NCBI GenBank assembly: GCA_964016885.1
Contig: OZ024740.1
Coordinates: 173,786,001-173,850,000, forward strand
From: Eledone cirrhosa
Lineage: Eukaryota
Direction: 5' to 3'
Length of the DNA stretch: 64,000 nucleotides
This document shows positions 12,201 through 25,209 of this stretch, piece after piece. Position numbers and translations under genes: made by a program. Under the pieces are notes generated by a model. The model saw nothing but the letters and a program-made list of their open reading frames with translations. It was not told the origin of the DNA and searched no databases. Position 1 is the first letter of the stretch; each line of letters opens with the position of its first letter.

Positions 12201-15047
12201 CAGATCATACATTTGTGGTACATGTAGTCGACTACTTTAAATTGTAGACAACGTACACTAGCCTTATCTGTTTCCCTACAGAATACCCTATCTAAATACG
12301 ATCTGGATGACCCGATGCGGTTTGCCCATGTCCACATTGGCACATTCGGATAATCCAGTCTATACCTGTCAGACAGTTCAAAACGTCTGAGCAGGTTGTT
12401 GAGGCTTTTACACCCTCCTCTGCCCTGTCTACTAGCCCCACATAATCCCAGCGTGCATCTAAGATACCGTTCCAGTCGCCCACTAACATTAAAGAGTGGG
12501 ACGTTCCAAGAAAGGTCTCTAGACGTCTGAAGAAGTCTGGCCGTCCTGCTCCTGTTGGGGCGTAGACGGCTATTAGCCTAAAAGCATTGCCTTCGCTGCC
12601 GGTCACGTCCAGCACCACCGACTTACCTTCTGGGTCCAGGAAGATGGCCCGTATGGCGAGTTCCAAGCCTCTCCGAAAAAGCACAGCAACTCCTCTCCAC
12701 CGATCCTGGACGGCTGGGAGATGCGTATACATCGTAACCGCCGAGTATCGGTGCGAAGGCTCGTGCTTCGGAGATTCTGGTCTCACTGATGGCCACCACA
12801 TCTATGTTTAGTGGCCTGAGGTCGTTGAGCAGGTGGCTCTGCTTCCATGACGATCCCAGGCCATGTGCATTTATGCTGTCTATTCTGAGTAAGGTCATGT
12901 TGAAAAGGTGTGGAAAAAGATGGGAAAGACTACTTACTTCACTTCTTGTGGAGGAAGGATGGTTTCTCCGTCCTTCTCACCGCTTGTGATCCCCTCCGGA
13001 AGGATGTCTTTATAAATCCTCCTGGAGAGTGTTTATCGGAAGTCTCCAATGTCCTTGGGGAATTTTAATTTTAGTGTCGTGTACGTTTTCTGTGTGATGT
13101 GAGTGATTTGTATGTGTGGGGGTGATGTGAATTTTGGGGGTGTTGTATAGTCTTTTTCTGTGATGCTGGTGTTGTGTTGGATGTAGTGTAATAATTAGAA
13201 GTTGTTCAAATTTAATTGTTTCTACTTTTGGCACAAGGCCAGCAATTATCCAGTGCATTACTGGTACTTTATTTTATCGACCCCGTAAGGATCAAAGGCA
13301 AAGTTAACCTAGGCGGGATTTGAACTCAGAATGGCAAGGGCCGTAACTCTATGCATCAAAGCATGGCGTCCAACCCTCTACCGATACTGCCAATTCACCG
13401 CCCTAAGTTGTTCAAATTTAATGCTGTGTAGTGTGTATCGTTTTGGTTGCTTTGTTTTATTTGCCTTTGTTTTGGGTTTGTTTCTGTTTCGCTTGTTGGT
13501 GATTTTTGTGGTGGTGATGGTGGTGTTGGGGTTAATTATGGTGATGATGTTGGTGTTTGTGGTGATGGGGCTGGTGATTCTGGTGTGGGGGTGACATAAC
13601 TGTCTTAACTTTTTTTGTTAGTTTGTTTGTTTCGCCCTGCATTTTGTTTTTGGAGGGCGAAGGAAGAGGATTTTTTCTTTTTTGGTTTCTTTTTTTTCTT
13701 TTTTCCAGATACAGTTTCCGACTCCTCCTCGTCGTCACAATCTGTCTCCAGTTGCGATAGGTCGGGGAGTGGAAAATCCTCCACAGGCGTTGGCTTTGGT
13801 TGTGGCGTGGTGTATGGTGGAGGCGCTGGTGCTAATTCTGGCGCGGTGGATGGTGGTGGTGGTGTTGGTTTTGCTACTATTGCTGGGGTTGTTGCTGCTA
13901 CAGTTGCTTCTGTTGTTGCTGCTACAGTTGTTGCTGCCATTTCTGCTGCTGGTTTTGATGGTTGAGTCACTGGGATGGGTAGGAGAGGTGGCCTCAACTT
14001 TTTAGCCTGAAGGTAGAAAGCCTTTAGGTGGGTTCCTTCGCCACAAACGACACACCTAGGCCTTCTACCCTCAACGATTACGGTGAGGTGGCTTCCGTCA
14101 TTGAGGTCTATCACCTCTGGAATTTACTGTATGTTTTTTTGGTCCGCTTGGTTCAGGAGTTCTATCCCAGAGCCGGACAAGTTCTCCTGCTTTACTTTCA
14201 TCACCTCAATTACTTTAGTGTCGGCCTCGATGTCGGCGAGGACGGCAGCCATTAGCCAGGGAAATTTAATGGCCGGCGGAACCTGGGTGACCCTGATCCT
14301 TACCAACCTCTGATCACAATAGCTTGGGACGAGTGTGAACTCGTCACTTTTTAATGGGGAAATGGAGTGCTCTCTGGCTTCCTGTGGGGTTCCAAAGAAC
14401 ACGTCCACGGTTCCATATTTTTGCCCACGTCTAATGTGGGTTTTTTGAGCTCACACATGTCCTAAAGCTTTTTGTATCTGGGACTCGGATGCCCGTTCCA
14501 CTCGGCGCGTTTTAATATTTATCGTCCGATATGAGACGGTGCATAGACACCGATGCTCAATGGTATTAGATGGGGGGTGGGGGTGGGTGAGGCTGACCAT
14601 GTAACCATATTTTTTTACCATTGGCTTCATTCAATTCTTCCTGGCTTACTTCAACCGTTTCAGTTTTGTTTGCCGCTTTAGCAAACGACACATTTGGTTT
14701 TGCGCTGGTGTTGATGTTGTTATTCTTATTGTTGCTGTTGTTGCTGTTGTTGTTATTGTTATTTTTGTTATTATTATTTTTAGTTTTAGTTGTGGTGGTG
14801 GTGGTGATGTCAGTGGTGTTCGGCGTGGAAGAGTCGATTTTCGGAGAATCCATTTCGATATCACGAGAAAATAATTTATTTTTTGTTTCAGTTGTTGCTG
14901 TGGTTGTGGTATCAGGGTTCTTGGTTGTTCTTTTTGACATTGTGATGGTGGGGATGGCGGCTTAAACACATGTAGACGTTGGTAATGGTGGGACCAAATA
15001 ACAGTAGGCTACCAGAGGGAACGAGGCATGGGTGATACTGTTAGCAC
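9240..15047 (-). mobile_element. L1/Tx1-clade LINE, near full length, decayed
   Basis: ORF2 pieces 12898 to 9542: APE (SINAHGL, ISETR, VYAP, GDWN, YLDR), RT (KSPGLDGLP, FRPITLLN, DQSKAFD, VRQGCPLS, YADD) and C-terminal CPRC..H..C. ORF1 pieces 14940 to about 13530 include a degenerate zinc knuckle. AATAAA precedes a (TTA)n tail. The 5-prime boundary is approximate. Confidence 0.9.
13217..13404 (-). mobile_element. Full-length tRNA-derived SINE inserted between Tx1 ORF1 and ORF2
   Basis: A box TGGCAGTATCGGT, B box GAGTTCAAATCCC, Meta/MESC-like core; 18-bp TSD aagttgttcaaatttaat at 13199-13216 and 13405-13422. Confidence 0.92.
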
Positions 15048-15502
15048 TAAAAAAAAAAAAAATTCAACTGTGGGTCTGAGATAATTATCAGATTGGTAAC
15101 TGGAGCGAATAAAGCCAATAAAAGCAATCATACCGCATTTTCCTTCGTGCGGAATAATAAGGGACGAGTTTATGCCTTAGAGGAGCCTGTAAAAAGATAT
15201 TGCAGTCTCCATCCAGCATGGTAAAAACTGACGATGGGCCTGTGACCTGTACTGGGGTGTGTGGGATGAACGCACAAATGCTACGTATCCCGAAACCCTA
15301 AAGTCGATTTAGAAGGGAGCACAAAAAACAACAACAACAACAAAACATTAATAATTATTAATGATTTTTTAAAGTTAATAAATCTTTACTGCTAATGCTT
15401 CATTATTATTGTTTCTTTACTGAGAATGTTTATTTACTGTGCGTAGCTGACAGCTGTATTTCTTTTCACGATGTAACTTGTGTGTTGCTCATGCGATTGT
15501 GA

Positions 15503-15760
15503 TGACGTCATAGGTTTACGTGAACTTTTGGTTTCAAAGACAGGCTCACTCAATCACATCGCTGTTAACCAATCACAGCCTATTATAACGAAAAATGCAA
15601 AATCCACTGACTGACCTTGCTTTCGACACCCCATTGGCTGGTTTCAGCCAATCACAAGCTGTCAGGACAGTTGTTGAGAAGCTTAGAAATTCAATTTCTA
15701 AACCTAGTTCTTCACCCACAAAATTATAAATAGCAATTAATTTCGCCAGTTATCAGATGG
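15503..15760 (+). promoter_or_regulatory. Candidate promoter or enhancer: CRE, CCAAT cluster, TATA and Inr-like site
   Basis: TGACGTCA 15503-15510; CCAAT at 15569 and 15648, ATTGG at 15633; TATAAATA at 15725; TCAGAT with its A at 15755. Confidence 0.4.
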
Positions 15761-16820
15761 CACTGAATATTCAAACTAATCCACGTCACTGTGTCTTCTC
15801 ATAACTTTTCATCTCTCACTGTTATTTCTTTGTTCTTACTGCATAGACAATGAAATCGTATAATACACGTGGCTTTTCAATCTTATCTTCGTTTGAACAT
15901 TTTCGATTCATACCACAACCATATTTTTTATGAACAACATTCTTGGCACATTTTCTCTCCGTACCACATTTTCCGCAATTATATTTCGTAAACTACTCTT
16001 GTCGTTTATTACAGATTAAGATGATGTATTGAATTACGTAACTTTGAGAATATAATCGAAAACCACGTGTTGAGTAAATAAAAAGGGAATATTGTATATA
16101 ATACTATACTTGTTATTTTGCACAAACATTAAGATATCACTTTCCTAAATATGTTTTAAAATGGATAAATTTTTATATGGCTTTTATACATATTTACACT
16201 GAGTGTTTCTTTATGTTGAATGTTTAAAAACTAGGAATGTTCCTTTACTTTCAGTGTTTCTTTATTACCAATGATTTAAATGTCTCCTTAATAATAATGT
16301 CTTCTTACTCTTAATATTTCTTATATTTTTACCATTAATGTCTCTCTACCATTAATGTCCCTCTACCACTAATGTCTCTCTACCATTGCTGTCTCTCTAC
16401 CATTAATGTCTCTCTACCATTGCTGTCTCTCTACCATTAATGTCCCTCTATCATTAATATCTCTCTATTATTGCTGTCTCTCTACCATTAATATCTCTCT
16501 ACTATTTCTGTCTCTCTACCATTGCTGTCTCTCTACCATTAATATCTCTCTACCATTTCTGTCTCTCTACCATTGATGTCTCTCTACCATTAATATCTCT
16601 CTATCATCTCTGTCTCTCTATCATTGCTGTCTCTCTACAATTGCTGTCTCTCTACCCTTAATGTCTCTTTACCATTTCTGTCTCTCTATCCTTAATGTAT
16701 CTCTACCATTGTTGTCTCTCTACCATTGTTGTCTCCCTACCATTACTATCTCTCTACCATTGTTGTCTCTCTACCATTAATATCTCGGTACCATTGCTGT
16801 CTCTCTACCATTAATGTCTC

Positions 16821-16908
16821 TTTTGCCTTTCATCCTTACGGGGTCGATAAAATAAAGTACCAGTAATGCACTGGGTAATTGCTGGCCTTGTGCCTAAAGT
16901 AGAAACAA
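16821..16908 (+). mobile_element. 5-prime-truncated SINE within the satellite
   Basis: 3-prime half of the SINE family; same truncation point as the 17463 copy. Confidence 0.9.
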
Positions 16909-17462
16909 TTAATGTCTCTCTACCATTGCTGTCTCTCTACCATTAATGTCTCTCTACCATTAATATCTCTCTACCATTATTGTCTCTCTACCATTAATGT
17001 CTCTCTATCATTAATGTCTCTCTGTCGTTAATGTCTCTCTACCATTGTTGTCTCTCTACCATTGCTGTCTCTCTACCATTGTTGTCTCTCTACCATTGCT
17101 GTCTCTCTACCATTAATGTCTGTCTATCATTAATATCTCTCTACCATTAATGTCTCTCTACCATTGGTGTCTCTCTACCATTGTTGTCTCTCTACCATTG
17201 CTGTCTCTCTACCATTACTATCTCTCTACCATTGTTGCCTCTCTATCATTAATGTCTCTCTGTCGTTAATGTCTCTGTACCATTAATGTCTGTCTATCAT
17301 TAATATCTCTCTACCATTAATGTCTCTCTACCATTGCTGTCTCTCTACCATTGTTGTCTCTCTACCATTGTTGTCTCCCTACCATTACTATCTCTCTACC
17401 ATTGTTGCCTCTCTATCATTAATGTCTCTCTGTCGTTAATGTCTCTCTACCATTAATGTCTC

Positions 17463-17550
17463 TTTTGCCTTTCATCCTTACGGGGTCGATAAAATAAAGT
17501 ACCAGTAATGCACTGGGTAATTGCTGGCCTTGTGCCTAAAGTAGAAACAA
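17463..17550 (+). mobile_element. 5-prime-truncated SINE within the satellite (duplicate of the 16821 copy)
   Basis: Same sequence and junctions, 642 bp downstream. Confidence 0.9.
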
Positions 17551-18120
17551 TTAATGTCTCTCTACCATTGCCGTCTCTCTACCATTGCTGTCTCTCTACC
17601 ATTGTTGTCTCTCTACCATTGCTGTCTCCCTACCATTGTTGTCTCTCTACCATTAATATCTCTCTACCATTGTTGTCTCTCTACCGTTAATATCTCTCTA
17701 CCATTGTTGACTCTCTACCATTAATGTCCCTCTACCATTAATGTCTCTCTATCATTAATGTCTCTCTGTCGTTAATGTCTCTCTACCATTGCTGTTTCTC
17801 TACCATTGATATCTCTCTACCATTAATATCTCTCTACCATTAATGTCTCTCTATAATTGTTGTCTCTCTACCATTAATGTCTCTCTACCATTATTGTCTC
17901 TCTACCATTGCTGTCTCTCTACCATTAATATCTCTCTACCATTAATATCTCTCTACCATTAATGTCTCTCTATAATTGTTGTCTCTCTACCATTAATGTC
18001 TCTCTACCATCATTGTCTCTCTACCATTGCTGTCTCTCTACCATTAATATCTCTCTACCATTAATGTCTCTCTACCATTGCTGTCTCTCTACCATTGCTG
18101 TCTCTCTACCATTAATATCT

Positions 18121-18306
18121 CACGGTGGATTTGCAGTATCGGCAGTAGGTCGGACGCCATGCTTTGACACATAGAGTTACGGCCCTTGCCATCCTGAGTT
18201 CAAATCCCGCCGAGGTTGACTGCCTTTCATACTTACGGGGTCGATAAAATAAAGTACCAGTAATGCACTGAGTAATTGCTGGCCTTGTGCCTAAAGTAGA
18301 AACAAT
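18121..18306 (+). mobile_element. Near full-length SINE within the satellite
   Basis: A and B boxes and core present. Confidence 0.9.
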
Positions 18307-18530
18307 TAATGTCTCTCTACCATTGCTGTCTCTCTACCATTGCTGTCTCTCTACCATTAATGTCTCTCTACATTTAATGTCTCTCTACCATTGCTGTCTC
18401 TCTACCATTAATGTCTCTCTACCATTGCTGTCTCTCTATCATTAATGTCTCTCTATCATTAATATCTCTCTACCATTGTTGTCTCTCTACCATTGCTGTC
18501 TCTCTACCATTGTTGTCTCTCTAGCAATGT

Positions 18531-18699
18531 TAGAGAGACATTAATTGTTTCTACTTTAGGCACAAGGCCAGCAAATACCCAGTGCATTACTGGTACTTTA
18601 TTTTCTCGACCCTTACGGGGTCGATAAAATAAAGTACCAGTAATGCACTAAGTAATTGCTGGCCTTGTGCCAAAAGTAGAAACAATTAATGTCTCTCTA
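18531..18699. repeat. Fold-back of a SINE 3-prime half plus flanking satellite
   Basis: Inverted arms of about 82 bp around ttacg at 18613-18617. Confidence 0.9.
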
Positions 18700-21600
18700 C
18701 CATTGCTTTCTCTCTACCATTGCTGTCTCTCTACCATTGCTGTCTCTCTACCATTGTTGTCTCTCTACCATTGCTGTCTCTCTACCATTGCTGTCTCTCT
18801 ACCATTGCTGTCTCTCTACCATTAATATCTCTCTACCATTGCTGTCTCTCTACCATTGTTGTCTCTCTACCATTGCTGTCTCTCTAGCATTAATATCTAT
18901 CTACCATTGTTGTCTCTCTACCATTGTTGTCTCTCTACCATTGCTGTCTCTCTACCATTAATGTCTATCTACCATTGTTGTCTCTCTACCATTGTTGTCT
19001 CTCTACCATTGTTGTCTCTCTACCTTTGCTGTCTCTCTACCATTGCTGTCTCTCCACCATTGTTGTCTCTCTACCATTAATATCTCTCTACCATTGCTGT
19101 CTCTCTACCATTAATGTCTCTCTACCATTGTTGTCTCTCTACCATTAATATCTCTCTACCATTGCTGTCTCTCTACCATTAATGTCTCTCTACCATTGTT
19201 GTCTCTCTACCATTAATGTCTCTCTACCATTATTGTCTCTCTACCATTAATGTCTCTCTACCATTGTTGTCTCTCTACCATTAATGTCTATCTACCATTG
19301 CTGTCTCTCTACCATTGTTGTCTCTCTACCATTGCTGTCTCTCTACCATTGTTGTCTCTCTACCATTAATGTCTCTCTACCATTGCTGTCTCTCTACCAT
19401 TGTTGTCTCTCTACCATTAATGTCTCTCTACCATTGTTGTCTCTCTACCATTGCTGTCTCTCTACCATTGTTGTCTCTCTACCATTGTTGTCTCTCTACC
19501 ATTGTTGTCTCTCTACCATTGTTTTCTCTTTACCATTGCTGTCTCTCTACCATTGCTGTCTCTCTACCATTGTTGTCTCTCTACCATTGTTGTCTCTCTA
19601 CCATTGTTGTCTCTCTATCATTGCTGTCTCTCTACCATTGCTGTCTCTCTACCATTGTTGTCTCTCTACCATTGTTGTCTCTCTACCATTATTGTCTCTC
19701 TACCATTAATGTCTCTCTACCATTGTTGTCTCTCTACCATTGCTGTCTCTCTACCATTGTTGTCTCTCTACCATTGTTGTCTCTCTACCATTGCTGTCTC
19801 TCTACCATTGCTGTCTCTCTACCATTGTTGTCTCTCTACCATTGTTGTCTCTCTACCATTGTTGTCTCTCTACCATTAATATCTCTCTACCATTGCTGTC
19901 TCTCTACCATTGTTGTCTCTCTACCATTGTTGTCTCTTTACCATTAATGTCTCTCTACCATTGCTGTCTCTCTACCATTGTTGTCTCTCTACCATTAATA
20001 TCTCTCTACCATTGCTGTCTCTCTACCATTGTTGTCTCTCTACCATTGCTGTCTCTCTACCATTGTTGTCTCTCTACCATTAATGTCTCTCTACCATTGC
20101 TGTCTCTCTACCATTGTTGTCTCTCTACCATTGTTGTCTCTCTACCATTAATATCTCTCTACCATTGCTGTCTCTCTACCATTAATATCTCTCTACCATT
20201 AATATCTCTCTACCATTGCTGTCTCTCTACCATTAATGTCTCTCTACCATTGCTGTCTCTCTACCATTGTTGTCTCTCTACCATTAATGTCTCTCTACCA
20301 TTGTTGACTCTCTACCATTGCTGTCTCTCTACCATTGTTGTCTCTCTACCATTGTTGTCTCTCTACCATTAATGTTTCTCTACCATTAATGTCTCTCTAC
20401 TATTGCTGTCTCTCTACCATTGCTGTCTCTCTACCATTGTTGTCTCTTTACCATTGCTGTCTCTCTACCATTGTTGTCTCTCTACCATTGTTGTCTCTCT
20501 ACCATTGTTGTCTCTCTACCATTGTTGTCTCTCTACCATTGTTGTCTCTCTACTATTGCTGTCTCGCTACCATTGCTGTCTCTCTACCATTGCTGTCTCT
20601 CTACCATTGTTGTTTCTCTACCATTGTTGTCTCTCTACCATTATTGTCTCTCTACCATTAATGTCTCTCTACCATTGTTGTCTCTCTACCATTGTTGTCT
20701 CTCTACCATTGCTGTCTCTCTACCATTGCTGTCTCTCTACCATTGTTGTCTCTCTACCATTGTTGTCTCTCTACCATTAATATCTCTCTACCATTGCTGT
20801 CTCTCTACCATTGTTGTCTCTCTACCATTGTTGTCTCTCTACCATTAATGTCTCTCTACCATTGCTGTCTCTCTACCATTGTTGTCTCTCTACCATTAAT
20901 ATCTCTCTACCATTGCTGTCTCTCTACCATTGTTGTCTCTCTACCATTGCTGTCTCTCTACCATTGTTGTCTCTCTACCATTAATGTCTCTCTACCATTG
21001 CTGTCTCTCTACCATTGTTGTCTCTCTACCATTAATATCTCTCTACCATTGCTGTCTCTCTACCATTGCTGTCTCTCTACCATTGCTGTCTCTCTACCAT
21101 TAATGTCTCTCTACCTTTGCTGTCTCTCTACCATTGTTGTCTCTCTACCATTAATGTCTCCCTACCATTGTTGACTCTCTACCATTGCTGTCTCTCTACC
21201 ATTGTTGTCTCTCTACCATTGTTGTCTCTCTACCATTAATATCTCTCTACCATTAATGTTTCTCTACCATTAATGTCTCTCTACTATTGCTGTCTCTCTA
21301 CCATTGCTGTCTCTCTACCATTGTTGTCTCTTTACCATTGCTGTCTCTCTACCATTGTTGTCTCTCTACCATTGTTGTCTCTCTATCATTAATGTCTCTC
21401 TACCATTGTTGTCTCTCTACCATTGTTGTCTCTCTACCATTGCTATCTCTCTACCATTGTTGTCTCTCTACCATTGTTGTCTCTCTACCATTGTTGTCTC
21501 TCTACCATTAATGTTTCTCTACCATTAATGTCTCTCTACTATTGCTGTCTCTCTACCATTAATGTCTCTCTACCATTAATGTTTCTATACCATTAATGTC

Positions 21601-21780
21601 TCTCTACTTTTGTTGTCTCTCTACCATTGCTGTCTCTCTACCATTAATGTCTCTCTACCATTAATGTCTCTCTACTATTGCTGTCTCTCTACCATTAATG
21701 TCTCTCTACCATTGCTGTCTCTCTACCATTAATGTCTCCCTACCATTAATATCTCACTACCATTGCTGTCTCTCTACCAT

Positions 21781-21962
21781 GGATTGGCAGTAACGGTAGA
21801 GAGTCGGACGCCATGCTTTGACGCATAGAGTTACCGCCCTTACCATTCTGAGTTCAAATGTCGCCGAGGTTAACTTTGCCTTTCATCCTTACGGGGTCGA
21901 TAAAATAAAGTACCAGGAATATACTGGGCAATTGCTGGCCTTGTGCCAAAAGTAGAAACAAT
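21781..21962 (+). mobile_element. Near full-length SINE within the satellite
   Basis: A and B boxes and core present. Confidence 0.9.
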
Positions 21963-22814
21963 TAATATCTCTCTACCATTGCTGTCTCTCTACCATTAAT
22001 GTCTCTCTACCATTAATATCTCTCTACCATTAATAACTCTCTACCTGTCTCTTGCTGTCTCTCTACCATTGCTGTCTCTCTACCATTGCTGTCTCTCTAC
22101 CATTAATATCTCTCTACCATTGCTCTCTCTCTACCATTAATGTCTCTTTACCATTTATGTCTCTCTACGATTGCTGTCTCTCTACCATTAATGTCTCTCT
22201 ACCATTTATGTCTCTCTACCATTGCTGTCTCTCTACCATTGCTGTCTCTCTACCATTGCTGTCTCTCTACCATTTATGTCTCTCTACCATTGCTGTCTCT
22301 CTACCATTAATGTCTCTCTACCATTTATGTCTCTCTACCATTTATGTCTCTCTACGATTGCTGTCTCTCTACCATTAATGTCTCTCTACCATTAATGTCT
22401 CTCTACGATTGCTGTCTCTCTACCATTGCTGTCTCCCTACCATTGCTGTCTCTCTACCATTTATGTCTCTCTACGATTGCTGTCTCTCTACCATTAATGT
22501 CTCTCTACCATTTATGTCTCTCTACGATTGCTCTCTCTCTACCATTAATGTCTCTCTACCATTAATGTCTCTCTACCATTGCTGTCTCTCTACCATTTAT
22601 GTCTCTCTACCATTGCTGTCTCTCTACCATTAATGTCTCTCTACCATTTATGTCTCTCTACCATTGCTGCTGTCGCTCTACCATTAATGTCTCTCTACCA
22701 CTAATATCTCTCTACCATTAATGTCTCTCTACCATTAGTCTCTCTTTACTGTTGATATTTCCTTAGAGTTAATGTTCCTTTGTTGTTAATGTTTACTTAA
22801 TAGAAAATATATAT

Positions 22815-23098
22815 AAGAGGAATCAGATGTAGTGTGCAAAAGAGAAGATTGCGCTGGTATGAGCATGTGCTGCACATGGATAATGATCGCTGGGTGAAGA
22901 ACTGCGAAGAAATCTCATTGGAGGAAAGCCACAGTAGAAGAAGACCATGCTGGAGTTGGTGAGAGCTGATCTCAAATCGCTGAAGCTAACAGAGGAGATG
23001 GTGAAAGAACGTAACAAGTGAAGAGATGTTGTACTTAAAAAGACCGGTCCAACCCATGTGAGTAGGGAACAGCAGACGTTATAGGATGATGATGATGA
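22815..23098 (+). mobile_element. RTE LINE 3-prime end relic with (GAT)n tail
   Basis: Degenerate RLRWY.HVL.MD and GGKP..K.W translation; gatgatgatgatga tail. Confidence 0.6.
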
Positions 23099-23223
23099 GG
23101 AATTTTATTTGCGGTTGATATTCATTTCAGTTCATACTCTTTTTTTCAGCGACCGTTTCTTCATATTTCTGTACTGTTAATATTTCCTTAGCGCGCATGT
23201 TACTTTATTTTAATGCTACAATA

Positions 23224-23414
23224 ATTGTTTTTACTTTTTGCAAAAAGGTCAGCAATTATCCCAGTGCATTACTGGTACTTTAATTTATCGACTCCGTAAG
23301 GATGAAAGGCAAAGTTAACCTCGGCAGGATTTGAACTCAGACCATAAAGGGCCGTAACTCTTTGCTACAAAGCATGGCCTCCGACCCTCTACCGATACTG
23401 CCAATCCACCGCCC
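23224..23414 (-). mobile_element. Full-length tRNA-derived SINE
   Basis: Homologous to 13217-13404. Confidence 0.9.
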
Positions 23415-23699
23415 TTCGAATATTAATAATAATATTCGATTCGTTTGCAATTATGCAAACAAGCCTCATTCTTAAAGCCATGTCAGTAGAATGAGCCTTT
23501 CATTCGAAAAAATCAGATTACATTTATTGCATTCAGCCATGTAGAGCAAACATTTCTTTATATATATGTATATGCGCCCGCGCGTGTGTGTGTATATATA
23601 TATATGTGTATATATATATGTGTATGTGTATATATATATATATATGTGTGTGTATGTGTGTATATATATATATATATATGTTTGCTTATGTATATATAT

Positions 23700-23960
23700 C
23701 ATCATCACCATTTAACATCCATTTAGCATGGGTTAGACGAGTTGTCCTATTGTGAGAAATGCCAGATTAGGTGACCATGTCTTGCTCATACAGAACTGAT
23801 GTTGGCTTGGTTTCTACATGTGGACGCCCTTCCTAACGCCAACCACATTTTCAGTGAGTACTGGGTGTTTTTTGTCGTGACACCTACACGACCACTTTAC
23901 AGTGTGGTCCTGGCGCTTTTTGTCCTGTCGTCATCACGACTACTTTACAGTGTGGACTGG
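23700..23960 (-). mobile_element. SINE-like relic with RTE-type tail
   Basis: (GAT)n tail on the minus strand and a ggttggcgttaggaagggcgtcc motif typical of RTE-related SINEs. Confidence 0.5.
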
Positions 23961-24139
23961 AGGCTTCACTAGATGTATGCTTCAACCTATCCTCATGGGA
24001 GATGTATGTAAGAGTGTGGTGGGGTGGGGGTGGGGGTGGTGCATACTATATGTATGCAGCCGAGCCCATTGGAAGGCGGGTTTTCTGTATTACTGTATAA
24101 CGCCAGAAATCTCGGGCTTGTGTCATCGATTTTGAGAGG

Positions 24140-24615
24140 TGCAATTGAGCAAGGTCAGTTTTATCACTCCACCCAAGCCTTCCTGGGTCTCCCTACTCCA
24201 CGGCTTCCATCGACTCTAAGCGCTTTGCACCTTTATATACAGCCGTCATCCTTCAAACACACCACATGTCAATACCAACGCAATCTTCTCTCCTACACAC
24301 TCCGTCTGATTCCTTTTATGTCTAGTTTCTCTCTCAGTTCGTTTATGCTTTGCCATTCACGTATATAACTAATACACATCCACCAGAGCACGCAAGCTTC
24401 ATTTCTTTCCAATCTTCGCAAGACTTCTGCACACAGCTCCCAGGTCACCCAACCATGCAACATTGCTCTTCGTATGCATGCATCATACGGTCAGCCTTTC
24501 TGTTTCAGGGGAAATCCTATGTAGCTAGCAGTGGTAGTAGTAGTAGTAGCTCCCTGAACTTCTTCCATCCCGTTTTCATTCTGGCTACTGTACTTTCAGA
24601 ATACTCACCTCCATT
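24140..24615 (-). mobile_element. RTE LINE internal/3-prime fragment
   Basis: Minus-strand translation includes GWKKFRELLL..GFPLKQKG..YDAC..RAMLHG and RGVGRPRK.W. Confidence 0.7.
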
Positions 24616-24643
24616 GCTAATATGTATATATATATATAATATA

Positions 24644-25209
24644 TATATTGTTATACTTTGGGAGGGTCATGCTCTCAATAAAAAAAACACACACGCACCT
24701 GTTGGTTTTCACTTCAATTTATTATAAGTTTCCGGTTGGCTGGTTGGTTCGATAACCCGATGGTGGTTTAAATATAGTCAAAGCTTTTCGTCACACATTC
24801 TGTGATCTCCTCAGTGACTGAGTTTTTATTTTATGTCTCTCCTTTGTTCTGTCCTACAGCATTGCATCTTTTCTGTGTGTGGATATAATTATATCAAACA
24901 TAAACGAACGAACTCCAACCAAAATTAAACAAAACATGAGTGGAATAGCAACATCACAGCTAACTATTAAGGACAAAATAAAGACATACAGACACACACA
25001 AAAAGCCAAACTAATAAAACCAGATACACACAGATAGAACAAACAACCAACTAGTGACAAGTAAATAAACACATCAATAATTTGTTTATAAAACTGATCT
25101 ATATTATATGTTATCTGATGAAAGCGCACCATAATTTGCTTTGGTGTCCTTGAAATATGTATAATGAAATAAACATGGTTTTATAAATATAGTTTCCATT
25201 TGTTAATAT

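Larger units (their letters stand above)
16328..22740. repeat. 17-bp tandem satellite, consensus CCATT(GCT/GTT/AAT)GTCTCTCTA, about 6.4 kb
   Basis: Seen directly; accounts for all the SLYHCCLSTIVVSLPLL-type ORFs. Confidence 0.98.

Noticed and set aside
17508-22633. Many Cys/Leu-rich ORFs (SLYHCCLSTIVVSLPLL)n
   Set aside because: Translation artefact of the 17-bp satellite; the same peptide appears in all three frames.
16328-22740. CRISPR-like array
   Set aside because: Contiguous tandem units with no unique spacers, no cas genes, and a eukaryotic context.
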